Of a DNA stretch of 64,000 nt, positions 1 to 35,200 are shown in pieces. The DNA is from Lama glama (lineage: Eukaryota). The DNA is taken from assembly GCA_028534125.1 (NCBI GenBank), contig CM052816.1, positions 58,716,001-58,780,000 of the forward strand, written 5' to 3'. A model generated the notes under the pieces. It was given only the letters and a program-made list of their open reading frames with translations. It searched no databases and was not told the DNA's origin. How positions within the stretch are numbered: position 1 is the stretch's first letter; every line of letters begins with the position of its first letter. The position numbers and the translations under genes are program-made.

Positions 1-415
1 TAATCACTTTCTAACTGTGACAATGACCAGCATGCCTATCTGAACTGTATTTTATGGAGAAAAAAACAAAACAAAACAATTTTGGCACTAGTTTTGGCAC
101 AAGATTTAAGTGAATACATAAGAGTTTAATTGAAATATACCACTGTCTTAACAAATACAAAAACCTTGTTATTTTTTCCTCTCTAGGTGAACTACTTGAA
201 AGCAAATTAATTATGAAACAGAAATCTATATTCTTCTAAGCAAGCGTAAACTCTCCTGCACTTGTGTGTGGATCATATAATTTAATACCAGTCTGAACAG
301 TGCTTGCAGCTTAGTGAAAAGATAAAATTTGTTATTCCTTAAAACAAAACAGAAACACATCTTTTCAGTATTTAAAGAATATTATAAAATCTTAAGAAAT
401 TCGAAAGATATGCTA

Positions 416-22270
<21,855 letters not shown>

Positions 22271-22619
22271 GGTGTGTATTAGTGTGGAAAGCTTCGCCTT
22301 GTCTGTCATCTCGCTTTCTGGTTGTTGTTCAAGGCGTCCTGTCACCAGGGTTACTTTGGACGCCTAATCCGACAAGTTCAGGTCACTTAAACGAGTGCCC
22401 AGTTATTAACGTCTGGTCAAGAGGCATTCTTAGTACTTTATGAAGAAACACGCCCAGGGAAACAAGTTCCAAGTCAAGTAGACAATTCTGTGCTGTGGAA
22501 CAGATAGCTTGCCATCAGTTTTCTACTCTGAAAAGTGGCAGACAGACCGCATCATAGGTGGTTGCGAGGAGTAAATGAAACTTGCACAAATTTTAGACAG
22601 ATTTCACACAAAACAAATT

Positions 22620-23130
22620 AAACACATTAAATCATTTATTTAACGAATATATATTGGGTGTTTACCATGTACCAGGCTCTGTCAAGACTGATAAATCAAT
22701 CAGCAGGGAAAAAAACAAAGATCCCTACCTTCCAATGGGAGGCAATAAACAAGTAACATATGCTATGATACATAGTGATAATTGCTACAGAGATAATAAA
22801 GCAGAGAAAGGGGAGACAGTAGGGTTTGTGGTTTTAAATAGGGTGGAACTATAAGGAAATTACTGAAAAGCCACTGCAGAGTTTTGAGCAGACAAGTGAT
22901 ACAATCTGACTTAATGTTTTAAAAAGGTTCCCTCTGGCTGTTGTGAGAGGCTACACTATAGACTTACATGGCAAGGAAAATCAAGAAGGCCAGTTTAAGA
23001 ATTATTGCAGCAATCCAAATGTATTAGGTAGTATCAGTTTGGCTTCTAGTCAATACAATTTGCTGACAGACTGGATATGGGTTGGGGTGGGGGAAAGAGA
23101 ATTCTCTAAGGTTTTGAGCTGGAGCATTTG
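22620..23130 (+). mobile_element. L2 fragment
   Basis: catttatttaacgaatatatattgggtg..., gttttgagcag..atctgactta. Confidence 0.65.
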
Positions 23131-23944
23131 ATGTTCCTAAAAGCTGAGAATCCTGATTTTCAGTTATGTTAAAGAAGGCAGCAGAATACAAGAGCTAATA
23201 AGTTAGCCAAGGTAATACAGTGTAAATGTTGAGTCCTAACTCTGGATCTAGAATACCTGCCTATGAATACTGGTCCCATAAGTATTCACTCATAGACTTA
23301 TGATTTGAGAGTATTATTTAATCTTTCTGTTCCTAGTTTCCTCCTCTGTAATAAGGCCTACTCACTGGATTGCTGCAAGGCTTAAATGACTTCACACTTC
23401 AAAACCCCTTAGGATAGTGTCTGACAGTGTTCAGTTTATGTTAGCTATCACATAAAGCACTATTATTGGTCACCTTCCAGCTGTCACTACTTGGGTCTTT
23501 ATTGAATTCTGATGCCTTCATTGAGCAAAATTCTCATACACTGCATTAAACACACCATCTACATACCACTTACACCTCTTAATTGTGGCAAGTCATACCT
23601 AATGATACAATGTCACATGACATAGGTGAACGTTCCTTCTAAAAGACATCACTGTAACAATAATCTAGCCTCACTTGTAGTGGCAATAAGCTAAATAGCG
23701 CTCTAAATTTGATAGTAAACCTGTGAGGCTTCAAGTTCTGAAGTGTGCCATGGTATATGAAGTGATAATCACATTATACCATGTTGCTGACAAGTAAATT
23801 CCTATTTTAGAACACTTTAAATAGGGTAACAAAAGCAATGTTTGAGTGATATTCGGGGTTTATTAGGTCATTGTATATATAAAATACCATTCAGCACCTG
23901 TATAGCATTTTACAACTTACAGAGCACTTTCCCACATCAGTAAT

Positions 23945-24452
23945 GAGTAGGCAGCTTCCAAGATGGCCCCAGTGATTCTTGCCTTCTGGTATTAATGTAC
24001 TTGTATAGTTTTCTCACCCAATGAGAAAGCCTATTCGGCGTGACCAGTAGAATACAGCAGAAGTGAATGTGTGTAACTTCCGAGTCTAGATCGTAAAGAG
24101 ACATTGCTGCTGCTGCTTGTATGCTGGGACCATTTGCTCTGAGGGAAGTCAGCCATTATGCTATGAATTCACTCAGGCAGCCCACTGGAGAGGCCTATGT
24201 GGAGGGGAACTGAGGCCTCTGTCCTACAGCCAGCATCAACCTGGTGGATTGTCCAGCCCCAGGGAAGCCTTCAGATAACTGCAACCTGAAGTGGCATCCG
24301 ATTGCAGCCTCATGAGAAACACTGAGCACAAGTGCCCAGCTGAGCTGCTCCAGAATTCCTGGCCCAGAGAAAACATGAGCTATTAAGTGATTATGGTTGT
24401 TTTTAGCCACTAAGTTTTGCGGTGATTTGTTACAAAGTAATAGACAATACAC
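23945..24452 (+). mobile_element. MLT1-type MaLR LTR
   Basis: aagatggccccagtgattcttgcc ... agccactaagttttgcggtgatttgttacaaagtaatagacaataca. Confidence 0.85.
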
Positions 24453-26201
24453 TAATTTGATCCTGCCTACCACACTGCATAGCACTGGAAAGAAAACTGC
24501 AACTTGGACAAACTCAGCAATTTGCTGACAGTTACAGACGTACCTGTTTAATCCCTAAATAAAAATACAAGCTATTTACTCTAAGCCAAGCCCAAATTCC
24601 ATGACACCATCTTCCTTAGGAACTCATCCAAGGATAGCAATTCCCACTAACATCCTTCTGCCATACTTATACCTCACAAATTCCATACAAGTGATATATA
24701 TTTTCACTGTAATACTTTCATGGCAGCAGCTGTAGTAAAGGTGTCCCTCAGACAGTTCCAGTATTGGGGTTTCTAACTGCTGGCCTGCAGTATTACTCAA
24801 GCCACTCTTCATTACCTGAACCTCCTGTTTCTGAAAGCAAAAACCTGGCCTTGGGCTTCCTTTTACTGAAATGAGAAAGCTAAAGATAAAAAAGAGAATA
24901 GTACTAGCTTGTAAGAAAATTTTCCAGATATTTTTAAATAATAAAAAAGAAATCACAAGTCGTGTATTTCTCATGAGTCACCAAAACAGCTTATTGCTAG
25001 CACCAAACTCCTATCTCACATGTGAGTTGGGGCAACATCTATAGTAGGCCACAATACACAATTTACATGAAAAGCAGATCAACTCTGAATAGTTTAAAAA
25101 AAAAAGTATAAAGATTAGCCCACTGGAAACTGTACTGTATATATAAAAATGTACTCAACAATTCTTCTCTATTGCTCATGAGTTAACCTTACTATTAGGG
25201 ATGATTTCCTTAAGGCATATTCTAGAAATCATTAAAGGTATGGAAGAGAATTCATTTCACTTTGTGAGGCTTTACTTTCACAATAATACATACCCTTGGC
25301 ACAGGAAGACCCTATTAAAAGTTCATTAACTGCCTTAAGAAGGTAAATGGTTAGGTTGATTTTATGAGGCTTTTAGACAATAAGTTTGAGAAAGTTTATG
25401 ATTATCAGGATGTGTATACACAATCACAAAACAGTAAAATAAACCAAAGAACATGACTTTCTTAGCATCCCTAAAAACATAATAAATTGCCATTTCTGGT
25501 CAAACGTTATTCCTATGCTGTATTCATTTTGATCTCTTATTTTCCACTTTATATTCTGACACTTTTTTGTGAACAATAAACTCAACGTAGGGAGGTTGTG
25601 TTAACCCCCTAGTCTTAATACCACAGTCACCCATTTTACCATGGCTATACTTTTATCATTTAGAGCAGGATATGCTTATTAAGCCAGTTATACTCCAGTA
25701 ACTTTGTGAATGGATGTATGTTAAGAGGATTAAGAACAAATAATGGAGTCATTATTTCACTGATCCTCATCCAATTTCAGGAAAATCACTTCCAGAAAGC
25801 AGCAATTCTGCCTGATATACTCCTTCCATGTCTGAATAGAAACCTGAAGAAAAGTAGAGGTTATAGGAAACCTATGATAGTTCACTAGACATCGTGTGCT
25901 TTTAATAGTTCAACACTGGTAATACTTGATAATCAAGAGTAAATTAATAACATTTTAAAATGTATACTTTAATAAGTATAAAGTATATAAACAATCAGGC
26001 AAGCTTGTGCAGAAGCTGACCAAGATACATAAATTAGGAGATACAAGAGTCCATCTAAATCTTCTATACTTCTTTTTTTTTTTTTACACGATATTTATTA
26101 AAGTTGTTTAATTTATAATTTCTCATTTGTCATTTTGGAAGTCCTTTATTGTAAAGACTATTCTGTTGTCTGATGACAAACAGCAGCCACAGTCTCGGTG
26201 A

Positions 26202-26219
26202 TTATTCTGGACCTCCACG
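26202..26219 (-). CDS. MRPS36: MRPS36 last coding exon
   Basis: RGGPE-TAA after a ttttcag acceptor; AATAAA signals on minus at 26145-26150 and 26094-26099. Confidence 0.95.
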   Translation of the reverse strand, partial: RGGPE

Positions 26220-29200
26220 CTGAAAAGGGAAAAATAAACAGTAAGATTAGGTGTTACATTTCTAAAGAAACGTCTTCATGGCCACTATACAAATTTACAA
26301 CAGTTTCAGCAAAATGATTGGTAGTTTTTAAAAACAATTTTAGATTTTTCATAGCTTTGGGGCACTCATGTCATTTTATAAAGAATTTCAGATCTGAAAG
26401 GGATTCAAGGTTGACCTAGATCAATGGTCCTCAAATTTCTTGGTCTTAGAAGTCCTTTACACTCAAACAAATTATTGAGGACTCTAAAGAGCTTTTTTCC
26501 CATGGGGTATATATATTTTGCTGTTTATTACCATAGTATACATCTACAGATATATACCTTCATGTACATTTATTTAGGGTTCAAACATGGTTTATTTCTC
26601 ATAGTCCTATCCTATCCACCTGACCGTCTCTGTCTTAGCTTTGGACACATTTTGATAAGACAGTGGGAAGAACATGTTAAATCAGCATGTGAAGCTCAAA
26701 AGCCAATAATGTTAAGGTGTTTTCCACAGCATTGTGATAAAGAGCAACAACATACTTGGATAAATTCCATTTCTTCTTGAGACACAAGTTTCCTTCTGTA
26801 CTTCTGAGGTAATGTTTTTATCATCTCTGCACTGTCTGGTGGGCCCTGATTCATCAGCCAGTCTGGTGACTTACTTCCCTTAGAATGCTGTGAAATTGCA
26901 GAATGAGATGGTAGTCCTGCTGATCTTAAAACTTCTGATACTGAAATGAAAAATTTAAAAAAAGTTATTAAAGGAATTGTTCAGTGTCTTAAAATACTAT
27001 GTTGAGTTACCTATTATTGAATAATCAAGTTATTCTTAAAATGATCAGTATTATAATTCCAAGAGATAAGTACTATAGAATAACTTAGCTGGGAAGCTAT
27101 ATATAACTTCATAAAGTTCTTTCTAAAACAAATGAGGTAGTTTTAAGTGAGTGAATTACTAAATTGAAGAACAGGTTTCTAAAATAATGAAATTGCTAGG
27201 TAGTGGAGTTCAATCCATACAGATAACCTACATTACTTAAATTGTGTTATTTGGTAGAGTTTATGGTGATATCTTACAATGGAAAATACGAAAGTTGGTA
27301 AATGTAGATGAGATTCATTTTCTCATTGCCTTTATACTTGTTTGTCACCTCTATCTTAATTCTTCAAGAGCTATAAGTTAAAAATATCCACATAAAATTT
27401 GTCAAAATTCTCCCTGAATTAAAGGTCAAGTATTTCATAATAAAGATAGTGACAGAGGATCTGCTAAAAAGGAAAGCTCAGAGAAAAACAAAACTTGTTC
27501 AGTCTTCGACTACTTTATAAGCAATGATTGCTAATGTCTAAGGCAATCTGAGAAATGAATGAATAGATAAACGAGTAAATAAAAGAAAAGGTTAACTGGG
27601 AGAGAAATAGAGGAATGGTTATTATTCCTCATAATCTCTGCAAATGTAAGCATGCAAAATTCTTCCAGCAGATAGAAGAAAAGTAGAATAAAAATTCCCC
27701 TATATAAACTCAGTATCATTAAAAATTCAGAAATATCTACTGTTGAGTTTCTTCCTTTTTATTTTGTGTTTTGTGTGTGTGTAAGGGGAGTTAATTAGGT
27801 TTATTTATTCATTTATTTTAATGGAGGTACTGGAGACTGAACCCAGGACCTGGTGCATGCTAAGCACATGCTCTACCACTGAGCTATACCCTTCCCTGAG
27901 TTACTTCCTTTTTAAATGGAGGTAGTAAAAAGTTAGTTTCTACTTGCATGCGACCTAAAGTATCATTTTGATCTAAGCTACAACAGTCTACCTGATTTTA
28001 AAATGAGAAATATTGTCTATAATATATTCATGTATAAATCTATATGCACATTTTTTTTCTAATCTAAATAAAGTATAACTTACCATTGGGTTTAGGATTG
28101 TCCCTTCTGTCAGGGAACCTTATTAATGGAGTATGTGGCTTGACTACCTAAAGGAAAAATAAAATGCATGAAAAAGAAATGAAGCTCTAAAATCACCTCA
28201 CTAATTACATAAGAAATAAATAAAATAAATAAAAAAATCTACTGAAGTTCACAAGCAGACACCTTTGTTAAAATAACTTCGTACTTGACAACAACTTAAA
28301 GTTTTACTATTTTACTATTCCCAACCAGGAAAGTTAGTCTATGAACTGCCCTATTTATCTTATTTGCTATTCGTAATAACTTCATACCTATACATCACAA
28401 GACATTTTACTGTACTGCCAACTGACCTCCAAACAACCCTATGAGGGAACATTTCTGCACTGTTGGTGGAAATACAGTTTGGTGCAGCCATTATGGAAAA
28501 CAGTATGGAGATTCCTCAAAAAACTAAAAACAGACTTAACATATAATCCAGCAATCCTACTCCTGGGCATATATCCAGAGGGAACTCTAATTTGAAAAGA
28601 TACATGCACCCTAATGTTCACAATAGCACTATATACAACAGCCAAGACATGGAAACAAACTAAATGTCCATTGATAGATGACTGGATAAAGAAGTTGTGG
28701 TATATTTATACAGTGGACTATTACTCAGCCATAAAAAAGAATGAAATAATGCCATTTGCATCAACATGGATGGACCTGTTGAAGATTATCATTCTAAGTG
28801 AAGTAAGCCAGAAGGAGAAAGAAAAAATACCATGATATTATTCATATGTGTAATCTAAAAAAAAGAAAAAAGAAGACACTAATGAACTTATGTACAAAAC
28901 AGAAACAGAATTTTAGACGTAGTATACAATCTTATGATTACCTGGGGGAAAGGGAGTGGGGATAAATTGGGAGTTAGAGGTTTACAAATATTAACTAGTA
29001 TATACAAAATAGATAAATAACAAGTTTCTTCTGTATAGCACAGGGAAGTATATTCAATATCTTATAGTAACTATAATGGAAAAGAATATGAAAACGAATA
29101 TATGTATGCATATATATGACTGAAACATTATGCTGTACACCAGAAACTGACACATTGTCAACTGACTATACTTCAATTAAAAAACAAAAACAAAAACAAA

Positions 29201-32200
29201 CAAAAAAATCTGTTATGAATATGACATGGACTTTATGTTGCAAAACTTCTTAATTGCCCTGCTGATTGATAAGAATTGGAAGTTTCCTGACTTGTACTGA
29301 GTGTTGTTTCACTACTATGTTAATACCTGGCAGTTTAGAATAGGTTAAAAAGTGTACTGAAAATTAGGTAATGAAAAAAATACTTTTTCTGACAGAAAAT
29401 GACACATGTTCTCTGTAAAAAATCTGGGAAAAAAACAAAAAGCACAAAGAAGAAAAGACTATCTGTAAGCCCCAAACCCCCAGATGTTTTAGATTTAAAA
29501 ATCTGATAGCCCTTTAGTCTCTTTCCTATACCTATGGAAATACATGATTTTAGAATACTGCTTTTAAGAACAGGTATTTGAGGAGTATTAATGTTTTATC
29601 TCTAAAATTCCAGATTTATGCTATAGAGGATCTTAAGTGGAACTTTCAGTAGGAAATCTTTCGAATGTACAATGTTGAGACCAATAAACAGAGCACTATT
29701 TTCAACGAAAGTAATCTGTAAGTGGCTGTGTCTAGTGAGATTGAAGCTTGTGTTTATCTGCAATATATCTGTATATCTGTACTACATATTATACATTTTA
29801 CATGAGTACAGAAGTACACAGGCTTGTGAGGACTGGCCTGAAAACTAACCACTATGATTCTGCTGCTGTGAGAAAATGCTGGAAGATAGTTGTCTCCCTA
29901 AACAGAAAAGCATGGCCAACTCTTTCACGTTAAAAAACAAAACTTCTCTCTCCCTCTAGTAACTGGTTTCACAGCCAAACTTTCTGAAAGAGTGTTCTAT
30001 CCATCCTACAGTCCTAAGTTTTTCAGATGTTCAGCTTCCAGCTCGCATTTGGCACTCAAGAGGAACATGATGATCTGGGCTCTCCGGACCTCTCAAGCCT
30101 CATTCCCCACCACTGTACCATTTACTCCAGCTATTCTGAAGTACTTCTCATTTTCCTATCTCATCCTGCCAGTTCCATCTACATTTAATCTACAGCTTGT
30201 GCACTCTGCCAGGGGACCTCTCCTGAGTCCTACCCCATTTCCATGTCTCTGCTTTCACCTGATTGCTTATCAGGTGAAATGTCGGTCCTCTCTAAGAAGC
30301 TCCCGATTCCTAACTCTGATTTTAAAACTCCTCCTGTGTTTCCACAGCATCCTTAACACCTTAAGAATACTGTGTAAGAGAACTGATAAATGAGCCAATG
30401 ATTACAGGAGGGCAAAGCTTCTAGAAAGGCAGAGTTGGAGAATTAAGCACTTCTGTAGCAGTGCCTAGTACATAGTAAATGCTCAGTAAACATCTGCCAA
30501 ATAAGTGAATGACCTTTTCTGAGTTAGGACTAACTATATAGGCATGTAAGTATATATACATACACTTAGACAAATGTACATACACCAGAGAGAAAGAACT
30601 CATTTCAACATTGCTTTTGTACCCTTCAAAATATTGTGTAATGTGCCCATATACATTCCCACAGTTTGGTGTCCCCCCTTTTTTAACAGAAAATTTTAAA
30701 AATACATAAAAGAAGAGAGTACTAAAATAAACCCTGATAAACACATTACACAACTTCAACAGTAATATAATCAATCTTACTTGATCAACCGCTCCATTAG
30801 GCAAATCCAATCATCTCATCTCACCTATTAATACCATCTACATATATCACTAACAGAAAAGGATTTCTGTTAAGCCATAATCAAAGTAATTTTTCACACT
30901 TAACAAGATAAAAATAATTCTTGAATATATTTAATACTTAGCTTATGCTCAAATGTTCCTGTCCCAAAACTGTCTTTTTAAAATTCTAAATATAAATATA
31001 AAGAAAGTGAGTAGCAGTCCACCAGCTGAGTGGCTTATAACTAAGGAGAAAAAAGGAGCTAATCCAAATAACATTCATAGTGCTTGGACTATATACTTTC
31101 AGTCTAAAGGCAAAAAAATAAAAAGTGAAATACAAAGAAATCTTGAACTTTTTACTTAGTAGGCTGGTTTTATAGATACAGCTATTCTGAAATCATTTTG
31201 TATATACTGTAGGACTGAGCAGATGATTACATACATGCATTGATGATTGGTGGAGCCAGGGATTTCCCTGTGAGAAAGAACGTACAAATGTGGGATGGGG
31301 GAAGGCAAGGAAAAATGCTGCAGTGTTAAGACTGGAATCTGAGGGAAAAAAAAAAAAAGATTGGAATGTGAGGGAATTCATGATAAATGCCAAGTTTATT
31401 CAATCAGCCCCTGTTAATTTGGGTTGTTAATTTGTTTCCAGTCTTTCTTCTATTAAAATAATACAGAGTCAATATCCTTGTACTATTCTTATCTTTGCCA
31501 GTGTATCTCTGAGAGATCTCCAGAAAAAATAGCGCTAGGTCAAAAAAGAAAAACATAATTTTGAGGGGTATTGCCAGATTTTCCCTTCATAGGGGTTATA
31601 CTATTTTGTATTCCTCTAGCAACCAAGCCTAGTCCTCCACGGCCTTCCCAAACACAGGTGATCCAACCTGTACATTTTAAATAAAATCAAATTGATGAAA
31701 TATGTTACCTCTACGTAGTTTAATTTTCCTTTCTCTTATTATAAGTAACACTGCCTATCTTTTCATATGGTTAAGAGACATTTTTATTTCTTTACCTGTG
31801 AATAATATGTTTACAACTCTTACTCATTTTTCTGTGCTTACAAGTTTTTGTATATAATGGCTATTAACCCTTTGTCTGCTGCATTTTTTTATCCATTTAA
31901 AAAAATTTGGATATATTATTTTTTGATGAGTAAGTTTTTTTTTTCCTTTTTAGTGCAGTCCAAATTATCAAGCTTCCCCCTTATTGCTCCTATGTCATAG
32001 TTGTGAAAAGTTTTCCCCACTCTCAGGTTATAGAGAAATTTATGTTTTCATTTGGTAGTTGTATGGTTTCATTTCTTTTAACTTTTTATTTTGAAATAAT
32101 CATGGATTCACAGGACCTTGCAAAAAACCTACAGGGAGGTCTGTGTGCCCTTCATTCAGTTTCCCACTATGGTACCATCTTGCATAGCTATAATACAGTA

Positions 32201-35200
32201 ACAAAACCAGGAAACTAACAATAGTACAGTCTACACAAAGCATTTAGATTTGATCAGTTTTATATGCACTCATTTGTACATGTATAAAGTTCTTTGCAAT
32301 TTTGGTTTCATTTTTTCCAGTAAGATATTAGATCCATTTGAAATTTACCCTTGTATAAGATGTGAGCAATGGGTCTTATTTAATCTTTTTCCAAAAGGCT
32401 ATCCAGTTGTACTTATTAAAAAGTTCATTTCCTCTAATTTAAGATGCTACCTTTTATCATTCGCTCAATTTCCATAGCTGCATTTGCTAACACTTCCAAT
32501 ACCATGTTAAACAATAATGGAAATATTGGGCATCCTTATATTGTTCTCGGTTTTACTAAGGGAGTCATGTCAAAGAATTTTCTATCAATTCCTATTTGAC
32601 TGTTTTTTAACAAGAATGGGTTATAGGCTTTTGTCAGATGTCCCTTCTGCTTTCTTTTGGTTTTCTTTGTTCTTTTTCTCACTTATATAGAGTTGGATAT
32701 TTATTTATTTAGAGTTGGATACTTACATTAAATTAATTTATTTTAACTTTTATTAAGATAGGTATTTGATATGAATTTTCCTCTGATTACTGCTTTAGCT
32801 GTAGTGTTTTTATTATTATTTTTGGTACATTTTACAGTTTCATTTTGTATTTACCCTTTAACCCAAGCATTAACAGAATTTTAAAAAATATACAGAGACA
32901 GAAGGGCCAGTTTATTTTTTACTTTTGTTATTAATTTTTATTGCATGTTAAGAGGGAGGGTATAGCTCAAGTGGTAGAATGCATGCTTAGCATGCCCAGG
33001 GTCCTGGGTTCAATCCCCAGTACCATTTCTAAAAATAAATAAATGAATAAACCTGATTACACCTCCCCACACCAAATTTTTCCATTGCATCTTAGTGAAT
33101 GTTGTTTTATTTGTATTTTTTTTAATGTACTGATGTTTTCTTTGGAGCCTAATATGTGATTAATTTTCACAAATGTTTCATATGCATTTGAAAAGTGGAT
33201 AATTATTATAAAGGTGCAAGTACCTAGTGATTATCTGCAAGATCATTCTTATTATGTTCTTTAGGTCTTCTAAATCCTTAACAATTTTTCATCTACTAAC
33301 CTATTGTCAAAAGGTATATTGACTTCTCTAAGAATTTTTTTTTCTATTTCTCCTTGCATCTCCTATAGTTTGTTTTATGAAATAAGTTGCTGAGTAATTC
33401 AGTACAAAATTAATAATTATTATATCTTAACTGTGAAATGTAGCTTTTAATATTGTAAAGTGTCCTCTGTCTTTTTAAGAGCTTTTCGATTTGAATTCTA
33501 CCTTATTTGATAACAAGATTGTAACTCCTTTTATATTTGCATTGGTCTGACATATCTTCACCTATCCTTTTACCATTGTTTAATACTTTTTTTTTTGAGC
33601 AGTTTTAGGTTGACAGCAAAATTGAGCAGAAAGCACAGAGTTCTCATATACCCACTGGGCACCCTCCCCATTTACCGCCCTCTCCCCCTCCAGACTTCCT
33701 CACTATTAGCATCTCCTCCTATCAGGATTATCTATATGTTACAATTAATGAAACTATATTGACATGTCATTATCAAAGTTTTACATTAGAGTTCATTCTT
33801 GGTGTTGTACATTCTATCAGTTTTGACAAATGTACAATGATGTATCCACTATTACAGCATCTTCTGTGCTCTGCCTACTCATCCCTTCTTTCCCCTAGTC
33901 TCTGGCAACCACTGGTTTGTTCACTGTCTCCGAAGTTTTGCTTTTTCTAGAATGTCATTACAGATGGAACCATACAGTATGTAGCCTTTTCAGATTGGCT
34001 TCTATCATTTAGTAACATGCACGTACACTTCCTCCATGTCTTCTCATGGCTTGGAGCTCATTTCTTTTTAGTGTTGAATAATATTACATTGCCTGATGTA
34101 CCATAGTTTATTTATTCATTCACCTACTAAAACACATCTTGGCTGCTTCCAAGTTTTGGCAGTTATAAATAAAGCTGCTATAAACATCCATGTGCAGGTT
34201 TTTGTTTGGATATCAGTTTTCAACTCAGTTGGTTAATACCAAAGAGTGCAATTATTCAACCACATGGTAAAAAGTATGTTTAGTTTTGTAACAAACTGCC
34301 AAACTGCCCTCCAAAGTGGCTATACCATTTTGCACTCCCACCAGCAGTGAATGAGTTCCTGTTGCTCCACATCTTTGTTGGCATTTGGTGGTGTCAGTAT
34401 TTCAGCCATTCTAATAAGTATGTAGAGATGTCTGACTTTTGTCTTAATTTGCAATTCCCTAATGACTATGATGTTGAACATCTTTTCATGTGCTTCTTTG
34501 TTATCTATACATCTTCTTTGTTGAGGTGTTTGTTCAGCTCTTTTGCTCATTTTTTAAATCAGGCTGTTTTCCTATTGTTTACTTTTAAGAGTTCTTTGTA
34601 TATCTTGACTTTCCTTTATTAGGAATGTTTTTTGCAAATATTTTCTCCCATTCTGTGGCTTCTCTCCTCATTCTCTTGACACTGTCTTTTGCAGACCAAA
34701 TGTTTTCAATTTTAATGACACCCAATTTATCAATTATTTCTTTCATGGATTGTGCCACTGGTGTTATATTTAAAAAGTCACTGCCAACCCCAAGATCATC
34801 TAAATTTTCTTCTATGTTACCTGCTGGAAATTTTATAGTTCTCCATTTTACATATAGTTCTATGATCTATTTTGAGTTAATTTTTTGTGACAAGTATAAG
34901 GTCTGTGTCTAGATTCATTTTTTGCAAGTGGATGTCCAATTGTTCCAGCATCATTTTTGAATGCTAAAAATTTTTTAAAATATTTTTCATTGGCTTAATA
35001 TGCAAATATCTGTATCCTTTGTTTTTCTACAGGATACACAGTTAAAATGTCAAACTACTGGAATCTGGAGATTATTTTATTTTTATTGATGTATAGTCAG
35101 TTTACAATGTTTTGTTAATTTCTGGTGTACAGCATAGTGTTTCAAACCAGCACCATTTATTGAAAAGACTATCTTTTTTACATTGTATTGCCTTTGCTCC

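Noticed and set aside
32953..33030. tRNA-like sequences with A and B boxes
   Set aside because: They are SINE heads with AT-rich tails and TSDs in several diverged copies, not tRNA genes.
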